NCBI GenBank assembly: GCA_964474445.1
Contig: CAYYSJ010000001.1
Span: 142,530-206,529 of the forward strand
DNA length: 64,000 bases
Direction: 5' to 3'
DNA from: an uncultured Gammaproteobacteria bacterium
Lineage (GTDB): Bacteria; Patescibacteriota; Microgenomatia; Levybacterales; UBA12049
The translations under genes were made by a program, and so were the position numbers. Within the stretch, counting starts at the first letter, position 1. Each line of letters opens with the position of its first letter. Below, piece by piece: positions 1 through 9,444 of this stretch. The notes under the pieces were generated by a model that worked only from the letters and a program-made list of their open reading frames with translations, did not search any database and was not told the DNA's origin.

Positions 1-710
1 GTTCACTTCATCCAAGTGGTCCCAACTATATTCTTCTTGAGGCTGGATCGCTTGCATTTCCTGATCATACATTTACAACGGATGATCCTCCAAGTGCTAC
101 AAATAGCACCTCATCACTTTTTCATATTAGTAAACTCCTAGACCAAACCAACCAAACATGGAAAGCATATCAGGAAAATATTTCAGGAAGAAATTGTCCC
201 ATAACTTCAGAAGGAAATTATGCACCAAAACATAATCCCTTTATTTATTTTCGAGACGTTTCGGGAAATCCACCAAGTAGTACAAATGCTTACTGCCAAA
301 GTCACATACGACCAATGCAAGAGCTTGCAATAGACCTTGCTTCAGGACATGTTGCTCAATACGTATTTATTACACCAAACCTTCAGAACGATATGCATGA
401 TGGAACAATTACACAAGGTGATGCCTGGCTTGCTAACATTGTTCCCCTCATTACTTCCTCACCTACCTTTAAAAAAGACGGAGCGCTATTTATCACATGG
501 GATGAAGGTGCTGGACCAGAGGAAAATAATCCGATTGGTATGATCATGTATTCACCATTTATCAAAAAAGGCTATACAAATGCTACCTTATACTCTCATG
601 CATCATATGTAAAAACTATTGAGGAAATTTTTCACTTGACTCCACTTATTGGATTTTCTGCAGATCCTACCACAATTGATCTCTCAGATTTCTTTCTCAC
701 CCATAACTAA
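1..710 (+). CDS. phosphoesterase family protein (phospholipase C / acid phosphatase AcpA type), 5'-partial
   Basis: Reading frame 3 is open from the window edge to the stop at 708-710; the ORF track shows only the part from an internal Met (315..710). The upstream translation includes KHNPFIYF and the listed ORF includes ITPNLQNDMHDGT; both resemble the phosphoesterase (PLC/AcpA) family. Confidence 0.5.
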   Translation, partial: SLHPSGPNYILLEAGSLAFPDHTFTTDDPPSATNSTSSLFHISKLLDQTNQTWKAYQENISGRNCPITSEGNYAPKHNPFIYFRDVSGNPPSSTNAYCQSHIRPMQELAIDLASGHVAQYVFITPNLQNDMHDGTITQGDAWLANIVPLITSSPTFKKDGALFITWDEGAGPEENNPIGMIMYSPFIKKGYTNATLYSHASYVKTIEEIFHLTPLIGFSADPTTIDLSDFFLTHN

Positions 711-732
711 TAGGATCAGTGTTTTTCTATTT

Positions 733-2088
733 CTATGGTCTTTCTTCAGCTGTAAATACTTTTCTTCGTTCTACTTCATGGACAACCCGTTTACTTCTTC
801 TAGTCAAACTATCAACTTTTCTTTTTAACCTTCTTATATACCAGGTTTCTTGCTGTGCAGTAGTTCGTTTTGGATATTCTGGCCCTCTATGAAGAATAAG
901 TCCAGCTGGTTCCATTGGTCCGGTATGGGAAATAACTTGAGGAGCAATATAGACAACAAATCTTTCTTTTCCTGTTTTATCATTCTTTTCAAATCGCATA
1001 TATCTCCGGAGGGCAGGCTGTACGATGATACTATCAAGCATTTCTTGTGTTAACGACGCAGGCAATGGTTGATCGTGTTGAAGAGCTCTGTCTATTTGTT
1101 TGGCAAGAAGAGCCATGCCTATTTTGTATCCTTCAAAGTTCCCGGCAAGAACATCTGCAATATATGGAGTGTTCTTGATAAGATTTCTTCTTGTAATATC
1201 ATCAAATCGTATTGAATACCCAACAGGTGTACCTGACTCCATCACTAAAGAAACATGTTGTGTTGCTCTTTCTCGTATTTTTTGGTCATGAATTCCTGCA
1301 GTAAGAAAGCGTTGTACGGTTTGCAAGAACGATTGAGCTTTTGATGTTCGCTGGAAATCTCTTATGAGTTGTTGTTCTGCTTCAACGCTAGGGACATTTG
1401 ACGATTTTCCAGCAAAACTTCGTTCACTTACTTTTGCAACATGTAAATGAGTAGGCCCACCTGTACGAGAGGTTCTTTGCGCTTTTTTCCCAGGCTGTTT
1501 GAAGCGTTCATCAATCAGAGTAAGAGGTGCATCATTTTCCATAATAAAACTATATATTGGAATGTGCTGAATTCTTCTTTTTGCAATACGTAGTAAGCCA
1601 ATGGTTGGTCCTATAATAGGTATCGGAGAGGTTTCCTCCGCTAATGGAAGTCTATCTTTTGCAAGTAATGTTGCAAAAGCGGTTTGAAGATAGGCAATTT
1701 GTGTATCACGCGGAAGATCGTACGAGAGTACTGCGCTATTTGTTGCTTCATATTCAAATTGAGGAAGATGTGCAGAGACTATCGTGGTGTCTTCAGTATA
1801 CGGATTAATTGGTTTATTAAGAGCAACAACAGTTCCATTTTGTAGAACTCTTGTTGAGAGAGTGCTTTGTTTTGACCTTGTCAAGTTATGATACATCCGT
1901 CCTGGTTGATTCCAATTGACAACAGTAGTTGTCACTGTTTCTGGGGTTTGGTCATGATCTGTCCCACCTACTGCATTTGTATTGACTACAACAGGCTCTG
2001 CATGTCCTAGAAAATATCTTTCTCGAACAGGAAATACCATAATAATATTATAGGCTCTTATTATAGCTGTAATGGTTATTGTGTTCAA
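733..2088 (-). CDS. hypothetical protein (451 aa) with a strongly basic C-terminal tail
   Basis: Long uninterrupted ORF with no family I can recognise. The C-terminus is Arg/Lys-rich (RRLKRKVDSLTRRSKRVVHEVERRK). Confidence 0.4.
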   Translation of the reverse strand: MNTITITAIIRAYNIIMVFPVRERYFLGHAEPVVVNTNAVGGTDHDQTPETVTTTVVNWNQPGRMYHNLTRSKQSTLSTRVLQNGTVVALNKPINPYTEDTTIVSAHLPQFEYEATNSAVLSYDLPRDTQIAYLQTAFATLLAKDRLPLAEETSPIPIIGPTIGLLRIAKRRIQHIPIYSFIMENDAPLTLIDERFKQPGKKAQRTSRTGGPTHLHVAKVSERSFAGKSSNVPSVEAEQQLIRDFQRTSKAQSFLQTVQRFLTAGIHDQKIRERATQHVSLVMESGTPVGYSIRFDDITRRNLIKNTPYIADVLAGNFEGYKIGMALLAKQIDRALQHDQPLPASLTQEMLDSIIVQPALRRYMRFEKNDKTGKERFVVYIAPQVISHTGPMEPAGLILHRGPEYPKRTTAQQETWYIRRLKRKVDSLTRRSKRVVHEVERRKVFTAEERP

Positions 2089-2175
2089 TAGGTAATTGTG
2101 TCCAATTGTTGTCAGAAAAGATTTTACAGGAAGGACTGCACTTCTGAGTTGATTTTTGGTATACTATCTGCTATC

Positions 2176-2247
2176 GGGTCGGTAGCTCAACGGTAGAGCA
2201 AAGGACTCTTAATCCTTAGGTTCTGGGTTCGAATCCCAGCCGGCTCA
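2176..2247 (+). tRNA. tRNA-Lys (anticodon CUU)
   Basis: Cloverleaf read by hand: acceptor GGGTCGG/CCGGCTC (2 G-U pairs), D arm GCTC..GAGC, anticodon stem AAGGA/TCCTT with loop CTCTTAA (CTT), T arm CTGGG-TTCGAAT-CCCAG, discriminator A. Confidence 0.8.
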
Positions 2248-2255
2248 CCCAAAAA

Positions 2256-3683
2256 TCAAGGTTGCAGGTGCCTTCGAAGATTACTTGCTTTTTGCTTTAC
2301 TCTGTCTACAGTCTCTCTACCAGCAAGGATAGAAAAGGCATAGGTATGCTTAACCATTTCCAACCCAAGAGTTCCTACATGATTAGCCAAATGTCTTCCG
2401 GTGCCTCGGACATCCCCTAGATTTCTCTTGTATTGGCGATATGCATCTAGAGTGTTTTTTGCCATATCTTCTATGGCCTGATTGTCTCGGTAAAAATAGA
2501 ATATATTTCTAGCTGCACCGACAGCAAGTCCTTTAACACCCCTATATGCAAATCCAAAATCAAGAGCATCTTCTGCATTAGATAAATCAACTTTGTATTT
2601 TTCTCCTCCCCAACCAAAATCATATTGACGATACCCTCTTTGGAAACATTCCTCCATGTATGCTGTGTGCACTAATAATCCAGGTGTATAGTTTGCAAGT
2701 CTTTCATCTTTTTTCCCAAAATTCACTTTTTGTGCTAAATTTATACCGCCTGTGTATCCAATCATAATGCCATTTGTATCAGTAAAACTTAAAATACATC
2801 CAAGAGTAGTGTTACCTGCTCTTAACCTATACACACTTGCTTTTCCTTGTGGGAAAAGTTTATCAATTAAGTCTCTGTAATAATCAACAATTTTATTTGT
2901 AGTGAAAAATCCAGGTTCGTTTTTTAACATACCCCAGCGATTTCTATTCAGAGCAACAAGTTCTGTAAATATTTCTTGGGCATGTGTTACATCTTCTGCC
3001 AGTTCCCCCTGTATTGGACCTAGAGCTTTACTTAATTTTTCCTTGTTTTTTGAGATGCGACCTTTGTTTGTTCGTAGACCACTTATTACATCTGTAAATC
3101 CTTCTTCGCGCGCTCTATCAAAATTAAAGACAGGAAAGTTTATCTGTCTTATTGCAAGAGGAATTCCAACCTGAGTTCCTGCTTTTGCCAAAGCAGTGGT
3201 ATCTTCCGGATCAAATCCCTGCAACAAAAATTGATCCCACTTCCAAGGGAGACTTTTTATCGTTTCCATAACTCCTGTAGCAAAAATGTCTCTTTGTTGT
3301 GGGTTAACAAGCAGGCGCAAATCTGTTAGGTGAGGATCTTCACTCTGAGGTTCTCCAATGGTACCAAGAGAAAGTGTCCTTACAGGAATTCTTCCTCTCC
3401 TTGGATGTTGTATTGAATGAGTAAGAATTGTAGCTCCACTTACTTCTTCGGCATCATTTCTCTGGAAAATAAAAGTATGAGGAACCGCATCTCCAAAATG
3501 ATTTAACCATACTTCCAGCCAAGATGTGGAACTTGTTGCACTGGAATTTTGCAGTTTTTCTTCAAGAGCCCTCCAAAGAGTTAGCGCTTTTTGCCTGTCT
3601 GCTGATGAAATGAGTTCAATATTTGTGGGTAACTGTTTTCTTTCCCGTTGATGATGCAAAGCCTTTTCTATAAATTGCATCAC
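2256..3683 (-). CDS. FemAB/CelD(BcsL)-like GNAT-fold acetyltransferase family protein
   Basis: 475-aa ORF. The C-terminal region (..YRQYDFGWGGEKYK..) resembles Acetyltransf_6 / FemAB-like domains. Confidence 0.45.
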   Translation of the reverse strand: MMQFIEKALHHQRERKQLPTNIELISSADRQKALTLWRALEEKLQNSSATSSTSWLEVWLNHFGDAVPHTFIFQRNDAEEVSGATILTHSIQHPRRGRIPVRTLSLGTIGEPQSEDPHLTDLRLLVNPQQRDIFATGVMETIKSLPWKWDQFLLQGFDPEDTTALAKAGTQVGIPLAIRQINFPVFNFDRAREEGFTDVISGLRTNKGRISKNKEKLSKALGPIQGELAEDVTHAQEIFTELVALNRNRWGMLKNEPGFFTTNKIVDYYRDLIDKLFPQGKASVYRLRAGNTTLGCILSFTDTNGIMIGYTGGINLAQKVNFGKKDERLANYTPGLLVHTAYMEECFQRGYRQYDFGWGGEKYKVDLSNAEDALDFGFAYRGVKGLAVGAARNIFYFYRDNQAIEDMAKNTLDAYRQYKRNLGDVRGTGRHLANHVGTLGLEMVKHTYAFSILAGRETVDRVKQKASNLRRHLQP

Positions 3684-3879
3684 TATATTTTCGTAACAAG
3701 ATATTAAAATTTTGTAAAAAAGCGGTAATCAAGCGATGAAGTAGTGCCTTTTTTGCTAATTTCTATAACTGCTATTTTTTTGAGAAGTTTTTCTATTTGT
3801 CGAATTCTGATTCGTGCTCCTTTCTAATACCCATTTTTTTAATTCAATATTTAAATTGTTTTTGACAGCAAAAATGAGG

Positions 3880-4251
3880 CTAATTTATCACTAGTAACTC
3901 ATCAGTTTTGGGGTCATAGACATGGGCAATTGCCAAAAGACCGGCCTTGGTCATTTTCTTTTCTTTAATTAATTGTCGAACACGTTCTAAATTAATCTGT
4001 GAAAGTTTGCTTGTTTTTTTTCGAGGAGAAAACCGTTGAGCAAACCGCTCATCATCAATTTTTTTTGCTGTACTATCAATCCATCCAAAACATAACGCCT
4101 CTAAAACTGCATCATCATGAGAAATACGTGGTTTTTTCGTTACTTTGCGATAGTAGATAAGCCAAATTTCTGGCTCAGAATCAGCATATTTTGTTAGCCA
4201 AGAACGCCATTCTTTCCGATTTGTTACATATAAGGTTTTACCAATTATCAT
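3880..4251 (-). CDS. YdeI/OmpD-associated family protein
   Basis: 123 aa; the N-terminus LYVTNRKEWRSWLTKY...IWLIYYRK matches the YdeI/OmpD-associated (bacteriocin-protection-like) family pattern. Confidence 0.55.
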   Translation of the reverse strand: MIIGKTLYVTNRKEWRSWLTKYADSEPEIWLIYYRKVTKKPRISHDDAVLEALCFGWIDSTAKKIDDERFAQRFSPRKKTSKLSQINLERVRQLIKEKKMTKAGLLAIAHVYDPKTDELLVIN

Positions 4252-4328
4252 AGCACCGATAATAATAGCAAATTTTTTCGTACAGTAGAAAGTGCGGCTA
4301 GGTCACAAAAAAAAGAGTTTGACGAAAT

Positions 4329-4790
4329 TTAAGAGATAGAAAGAATTGTGTAATGGGTAGTTCCAGCTGGTGTTTGGATACTCACACTTTCTCCTTTTTT
4401 CTTTCCAATGAGTGACTTTCCTAGAGGAGAAATATGAGAAAGCTTACCTTCAGAGGGATTAGATTCGTAACCTCCAACTATAGAAAAGGTTTTCTCTATA
4501 TCTCCTGTTTGGAGTGTTACTATGCTGCCAATATCAACAGTTCCATTGTTCGACACAACTTTTACCTTTCCATACCGAAGCAAATGTTTTACTTCACGAA
4601 TACGATGATCAACAGATGATAATTTTGCGCGGGCTGATTTATAATAGCCATTTTCACTCAAATCTCCCATTGCTCGCGCTTTTGCTAAATCTTCAACAGC
4701 TGCTTTTCGAATACCCTTAAGGTCTTCTTGCTCTTGCAGTAACTTGTTGTATCCATCTTGAGTGAAAAAAATTGGAGCTGGAATCTTCAT
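4329..4790 (-). CDS. greA: transcription elongation factor GreA
   Basis: 153 aa. N-terminal coiled-coil with DLSENGYYKSAR and a C-terminal FKBP-like domain (..IVGGYESNP..GKLSHISPLGKSLIGKKKGESV..) are typical of GreA. Confidence 0.85.
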   Translation of the reverse strand: MKIPAPIFFTQDGYNKLLQEQEDLKGIRKAAVEDLAKARAMGDLSENGYYKSARAKLSSVDHRIREVKHLLRYGKVKVVSNNGTVDIGSIVTLQTGDIEKTFSIVGGYESNPSEGKLSHISPLGKSLIGKKKGESVSIQTPAGTTHYTILSIS

Positions 4791-4867
4791 CAGTGTATTA
4801 TACCTCAGTATGAGTGAAATGCATATGTCACCTAAAGTTTACTGTTGAACAGCATCAATAGTATATT

Positions 4868-5569
4868 TCATGAACGTGTGCTCAGTTTTGCAATTCCTTG
4901 TGTAATAATATCTCGAGCATGGGAAATAGTATCTGGATGAGAAAGGTATTCTTCTAATTCCAAACAGGCGTTTTCCCATCCTGCATATGCTGGATTAAGG
5001 TCTTCATGAAGTCTCAAATTTTCTGCACTAAATCTATTTTTTGATGGTCTTCCTGTTAGTCTGCTACTCATTGCATAAGGGTGATTAAGTAAATCATTAA
5101 CTGCAATGACTCCCCAATGTTCGGGGATGATAACAGGCTTTTCTTTATCAGTCCCTTGCGATATTGTGTATCCTTGCCGTTCAATAAATCCAATAAAAAT
5201 ACCATTCTCTGGAATAGTACTATGGGTATCATCTGATTGTTGTGTGACCAAGTACCCATGCACGTATACATCAGCAAGCGGTACACGTCTGGTTGCTGTT
5301 TCCTGTGGAACTCGCATTGGTCCTGAAAATCGTGATATCTCTATAGCATCACCTAAAAGCTCATGTACAATAGGACGAGCAGCAACTCTTCTTTCGAATC
5401 CACGCATAATATGCATAACTCTTTCTCTGTAGGTCATCGCTCTTTCATGCATACCATCATATGAAATACTTTCTTGCTTTTCGATTGTTGGGGTACGAGA
5501 TAACTGCATCGCTTCTCTTACATTGGTAATAGCCATGAACGTATGGTGACACATGATATAGAGCGACAA
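4868..5569 (-). CDS. hypothetical protein (233 aa)
   Basis: Uninterrupted ORF with no recognisable family. Confidence 0.35.
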   Translation of the reverse strand: MSLYIMCHHTFMAITNVREAMQLSRTPTIEKQESISYDGMHERAMTYRERVMHIMRGFERRVAARPIVHELLGDAIEISRFSGPMRVPQETATRRVPLADVYVHGYLVTQQSDDTHSTIPENGIFIGFIERQGYTISQGTDKEKPVIIPEHWGVIAVNDLLNHPYAMSSRLTGRPSKNRFSAENLRLHEDLNPAYAGWENACLELEEYLSHPDTISHARDIITQGIAKLSTRS

Positions 5570-5652
5570 TGTAAGAAAACGGTAAGTTTTCAGAAAGAAT
5601 GCTTATTGCGCTTTCATCTTTTTTAAAAGTTTGTTAGTATACTTCTACCTGT

Positions 5653-7083
5653 ATGTTACCCCAGAAACTTGTCTTTGTTGATACCGAAACAACAGGTCTC
5701 TCTGTAACACGGGATAGAATCATTGAGATAGGAATAGTTCGAGTTGAAAATAATAAAGTTGTTGCAGAATATCAAAGTCTTATTAACCCTCAAACATTTC
5801 TTTCTCCATTTATTACAACAATAACAAACATTACAGAAAGTGACTTAGAACATGCCCCTACCTTTTATGATATCCGAAAAGACATTTATGACTTATTAAA
5901 AGACGCAGTCTTTGTTGCACACAATGTGCGATTTGACTATGCATTTCTTCGAAATGAATTTAAAAGGACAGAGATGCAGTTTAGTACAAAACATTTTTGT
6001 ACAGCCAAGCTCTCTCGCTCACTTTTTCCCCATGCATCTCATCATAATTTAGATAGCATTATTGAACGGTTTGGGTTTATCTGTGAGAGACGTCATAGAG
6101 CATTTGATGATGCAAAAATTCTTTGGGAATTCTACCAAACAGTACAAAAACAATTTGACGAGCCTGTACTAGAACAACATCTTAAACATCTCCTAAAACG
6201 TCCATCAAGACCAATGCAAATAACAGAAGAACAGTTAGATATTCTCCCAGAAGCTCCCGGTGTATATATTTTTTATGGGGAAGACAGGATCCCATTATAT
6301 GTAGGAAAAAGTGTCAATGTGAAAGAACGGGTACTTTCTCATTTTTCAAGTGATTATTCTATTTCAAAAGAAATGCATATTTCCCAACAAGTGACAGATA
6401 TTCAAGTTATCCCAACGGCAGGAGAGTTAGGAGCACTCCTGAAAGAATCACAACTTATCAAAGAGTTACAGCCTTTATATAACAGGAAATTGAGAAGCAG
6501 CAGACGTTTGATTGTATTGAAGAAGAAAGTGAATGCTCAAGGATATGAAGAACATTTCTTAGAAGAACTCCTTGATATTGCACCAAATGAGACAGAGAAC
6601 ATTCTAGGAGTATTCCGATCAAAGAAACAGGCAAAAGAATTTTTGTATGGAGTAGTAAAAGAACACAATTTGTGTGAAAAATTAGTAGGACTTGAACATA
6701 CAAAAGGTGGATGTTTTGCCTATCGTTTAGGAACTTGTAAAGGAGCCTGTGTTGGTAAAGAAAATCCTCTTATCTATAATACTCGGAGTATTATGGCATT
6801 TTCCAAAAACAAAATAAAACCGTGGCCTTTCCCTGGCCCTATCCTTATTAAAGAAACTGAAAACATCAGTAGCCAAGAAGACACATTTTATATTGATAAA
6901 TGGTGCTTACTTGGGAAGCAAACAGCAAAAGACGGACAAGCAGATTTTTTTAGTAATGAAGATTATCGTTTTGATATGGATACCTATAAAATTCTGGCAA
7001 GTTTTCTATCCAACACAAACCAAAGTCAACTTTCAAAATATATTACTGTTCTTCAACCAAGTAATCATCCTGTCACACAATAG
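5653..7083 (+). CDS. Cho-like excinuclease: DnaQ/epsilon-type 3'-5' exonuclease domain fused to a GIY-YIG nuclease domain
   Basis: The N-terminus has DEDDh exonuclease motifs (VFVDTETTGL; H..D in HRAFDDA). The mid-region has a GIY-YIG motif (GVYIFYGEDRIPLYVGKSVNVKERVLSHF). This architecture matches mycobacterial Cho-type proteins. Confidence 0.7.
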   Translation: MLPQKLVFVDTETTGLSVTRDRIIEIGIVRVENNKVVAEYQSLINPQTFLSPFITTITNITESDLEHAPTFYDIRKDIYDLLKDAVFVAHNVRFDYAFLRNEFKRTEMQFSTKHFCTAKLSRSLFPHASHHNLDSIIERFGFICERRHRAFDDAKILWEFYQTVQKQFDEPVLEQHLKHLLKRPSRPMQITEEQLDILPEAPGVYIFYGEDRIPLYVGKSVNVKERVLSHFSSDYSISKEMHISQQVTDIQVIPTAGELGALLKESQLIKELQPLYNRKLRSSRRLIVLKKKVNAQGYEEHFLEELLDIAPNETENILGVFRSKKQAKEFLYGVVKEHNLCEKLVGLEHTKGGCFAYRLGTCKGACVGKENPLIYNTRSIMAFSKNKIKPWPFPGPILIKETENISSQEDTFYIDKWCLLGKQTAKDGQADFFSNEDYRFDMDTYKILASFLSNTNQSQLSKYITVLQPSNHPVTQ

Positions 7084-7151
7084 TTTAGTTGTATCCTCTT
7101 TGTTGACAATACATAAGATTCTATCTAAGCTAAAAGAAGCATATTGTTTTT

Positions 7152-8096
7152 ATGTCCCAAAATAAACAAAAAATTATCGCCCTTATTCTCTTTGTTATTC
7201 TTCTTATAGCTATTCCTGTAACACTTAAGTTTGGAGTACAACAACAGCAAAATGTCGTACAAAAAGCAGCATGGTTTACAGGACAACAAGAGTACTATTG
7301 TAACCAAGCATTAACAGTTCAGCTTATCCCCCTTCCGGAAGACCCACAAGAATGCCAAGGTGGCACATTTAGCGGGGCAAACCATTTTCAGACAACCATT
7401 TTGGTAAAGGCTAAACCAGGCTCTCTTGGTGCATATACAGTCAAATGGAGATGGGTATCATTCTGGTGTCCAAATGAGGACCCACATGCACCTTGCGTGT
7501 TTAGTAACGCCGCTGCAACAGCTGATACCGGGGTTCAAACAAGTGGCTTAACAGGAGAAAATAGCGCATTCGCGACAGCAAAATCTGCAATGATTACACC
7601 ACCTGCTCAGTATGCAGGTCAAGTATGTGGATATTACCAAACGGATTTTGCATTTTATGTTTACGATAATACTAACCAGGCAACACTTCTTTGCACAAAG
7701 ATCAACGCTTCACAGTTAAACGATCCCAAATTCATTGCCGACACCAATAACAATGCTGCTTGGTGTCACACGAATACATCTTGTACCAATGTCACTCCAT
7801 CTCCAACTGCGACACCTACCCCGCCAGTTACTCCAACAAATACTCCTACCCCAACTCCTACGCCAGGTGTTACTTCAACCCCAACACCAACGCCCACACC
7901 TGGTCCAAGTGCGACACCTACCCCTACTCCGACTCCGGGTCCTACAGCAACGCCAACTCCCACACCTGGGATAACAGTGACACCAACCCCTCGCCCAACA
8001 TTGCCTCCGACTGGTCCTGGTAATACTATTATGGGTATAGGTATTGCTGGGGTAGCGGCTGCAGCCGTAGGAACGCTTCTCTTACTAGGCCTCTAA
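7152..8096 (+). CDS. surface protein with signal/TM N-terminus, Cys-rich domain, Pro/Thr-rich linker and LPXTG-like C-terminal sorting signal
   Basis: The N-terminus is hydrophobic ([16 protein letters not shown]). It contains about 80 aa of TPTPTP repeats. The C-terminus is LPPTGPGN followed by a hydrophobic stretch to the stop. Confidence 0.6.
   Translation: MSQNKQKIIALILFVILLIAIPVTLKFGVQQQQNVVQKAAWFTGQQEYYCNQALTVQLIPLPEDPQECQGGTFSGANHFQTTILVKAKPGSLGAYTVKWRWVSFWCPNEDPHAPCVFSNAAATADTGVQTSGLTGENSAFATAKSAMITPPAQYAGQVCGYYQTDFAFYVYDNTNQATLLCTKINASQLNDPKFIADTNNNAAWCHTNTSCTNVTPSPTATPTPPVTPTNTPTPTPTPGVTSTPTPTPTPGPSATPTPTPTPGPTATPTPTPGITVTPTPRPTLPPTGPGNTIMGIGIAGVAAAAVGTLLLLGL
7790..7990 (+). repeat. 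imperfect tandem ACNCCN (Thr-Pro codon) repeats inside the CDS
   Basis: Visible short-period nucleotide repeat that encodes the PT linker. It is coding low complexity, not a CRISPR array. Confidence 0.5.
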
Positions 8097-8127
8097 ATAG
8101 CTTTTAATATTATGATGTAATTGCTGT

Positions 8128-8146
8128 AGTTGCATCCTGTGCAACT
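8128..8146. terminator. candidate bidirectional hairpin between convergent genes
   Basis: AGTTGCA-tcctg-TGCAACT forms a 7-bp perfect stem with a 5-nt loop in the 115-bp gap between the + gene ending at 8096 and the - gene ending at 8212. The stem is weak and AT-rich. Confidence 0.25.
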
Positions 8147-8211
8147 TCATGAATGTGTCCCTAGCGGAAAAGTCGGACGATCCTAGATAGCTACACAAGA
8201 AGAGTAAAGTC

Positions 8212-9393
8212 TTAATCTCCACTCTCAAGTTCAAAAACTTCTAACTCTTTTATTTGTGGAAGTGAGCTACCAATAATACCTTTCAAATCACCGTGCATTC
8301 CAAGAGTATTATCAATAACCTGACGAATATGTTTCTCATCTCTTGCCCATTTGTTAGAAAAATATCGTTTCTCTTTTTCAATTTCTGTCTGCATATTACT
8401 AAAAGCATCAACAATTGCCTCTACTCTATGCTTGAATTCTGTTCCTGAAAGATAGGCATAGAGAATTTCCATTTTTTCATCTTTCCCTTGTACAGAATTC
8501 TTTACATAATACAGTTGAATAAGTTTTGCACGCAATGTATCTGCAAGCGGAATAACAAAGTTTCTCTGTGTTACCCACACACTACTCCGAAATCCCGCAA
8601 TTTGCATATCAGATGGCAAGACTTCAGAAATAAGCACAGCTTCTTCAGCATTAATCGTTCGCTGATCCGTCTTAAGTTTGTCTATCCATCCTTCAGACCA
8701 ATTCTTTGTATTTTTCAACTCCCAGAGAATTTTTCCGACAAAATTTCCTCTTCTATCCCATACTTCCTGAATAATATCTCCCCCTTTGACTCCTTTACTC
8801 ACGGGTTGAATCTTATCATTTGGATATTGTTGTGCAAGCAGTCCTTCAAATTCGAGTTCAAATACTTCCCCTTGTGCTTGCTGAGAACCTTGTTGCAGTT
8901 TTCTTTTTGCATCTTCTAACTCTTTGAGTGTATCTTGAAGTTGTTTATCCTTTGCAAGAAGAACAGTGCGCTGCTCTTCTTCTGCTTTTTTCTGTGCTTC
9001 TTGCCTAATTTTTTCTTCCTCTTCCATAAGCTGTTTTTTCATAGTAAGCTCCATTTCTTCTTTTTCCTTTTTTGATTTTCTCATCTCATCAGTAAGCTCG
9101 GACATTTGTTCAAGGAGTTTTTTAATCCGCTCATCTTTTTCTTCCAGGTCTTCGTGGGTAAGTTTGAGTTGTAATTCAAATTCTTCACGCATTTTTTTTG
9201 AAGAGTCTTCCAAAGCTTGCTTACGGGCTTTTTCCAATTCTTCTTTATGCTTCTGTTCTAGTTCTTCAGTAAGTGTCGCCTTGTACTCAGATTCAAATGC
9301 TGCAGAGAGCTCAAACTCTTTTTTGCAATGGGGACAAATGATGGTTTGCATAGCCCTACTATACCAAAGAGTAAAAGCAGACAAAAGAGCCAA
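8212..9393 (-). CDS. DUF2130-like protein: N-terminal CxxC zinc ribbon, long Glu/Lys coiled coil and a C-terminal globular domain
   Basis: Zinc-ribbon sequence ICPHCKKEF; about 150 aa of EEL/KK-rich coiled coil; C-terminal domain (..GGDIIQEVWDRRGNFVGKILWELKNTKNW..) resembles the DUF2130 family. The true start may be the second Met (MQTII..). Confidence 0.5.
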   Translation of the reverse strand: MALLSAFTLWYSRAMQTIICPHCKKEFELSAAFESEYKATLTEELEQKHKEELEKARKQALEDSSKKMREEFELQLKLTHEDLEEKDERIKKLLEQMSELTDEMRKSKKEKEEMELTMKKQLMEEEEKIRQEAQKKAEEEQRTVLLAKDKQLQDTLKELEDAKRKLQQGSQQAQGEVFELEFEGLLAQQYPNDKIQPVSKGVKGGDIIQEVWDRRGNFVGKILWELKNTKNWSEGWIDKLKTDQRTINAEEAVLISEVLPSDMQIAGFRSSVWVTQRNFVIPLADTLRAKLIQLYYVKNSVQGKDEKMEILYAYLSGTEFKHRVEAIVDAFSNMQTEIEKEKRYFSNKWARDEKHIRQVIDNTLGMHGDLKGIIGSSLPQIKELEVFELESGD

Positions 9394-9444
9394 AAGGGAT
9401 AGAGAGGGTTTGACTGATACGTTTTGCTCTGTTAAGCTAATGCT

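Noticed and set aside
7790-7990. Short-period nucleotide repeat considered as a possible CRISPR array or satellite
   Set aside because: The period is 6 nt (ACNCCN), not 28-37 nt repeats with unique spacers. It lies in frame inside a CDS and encodes a Thr-Pro linker.
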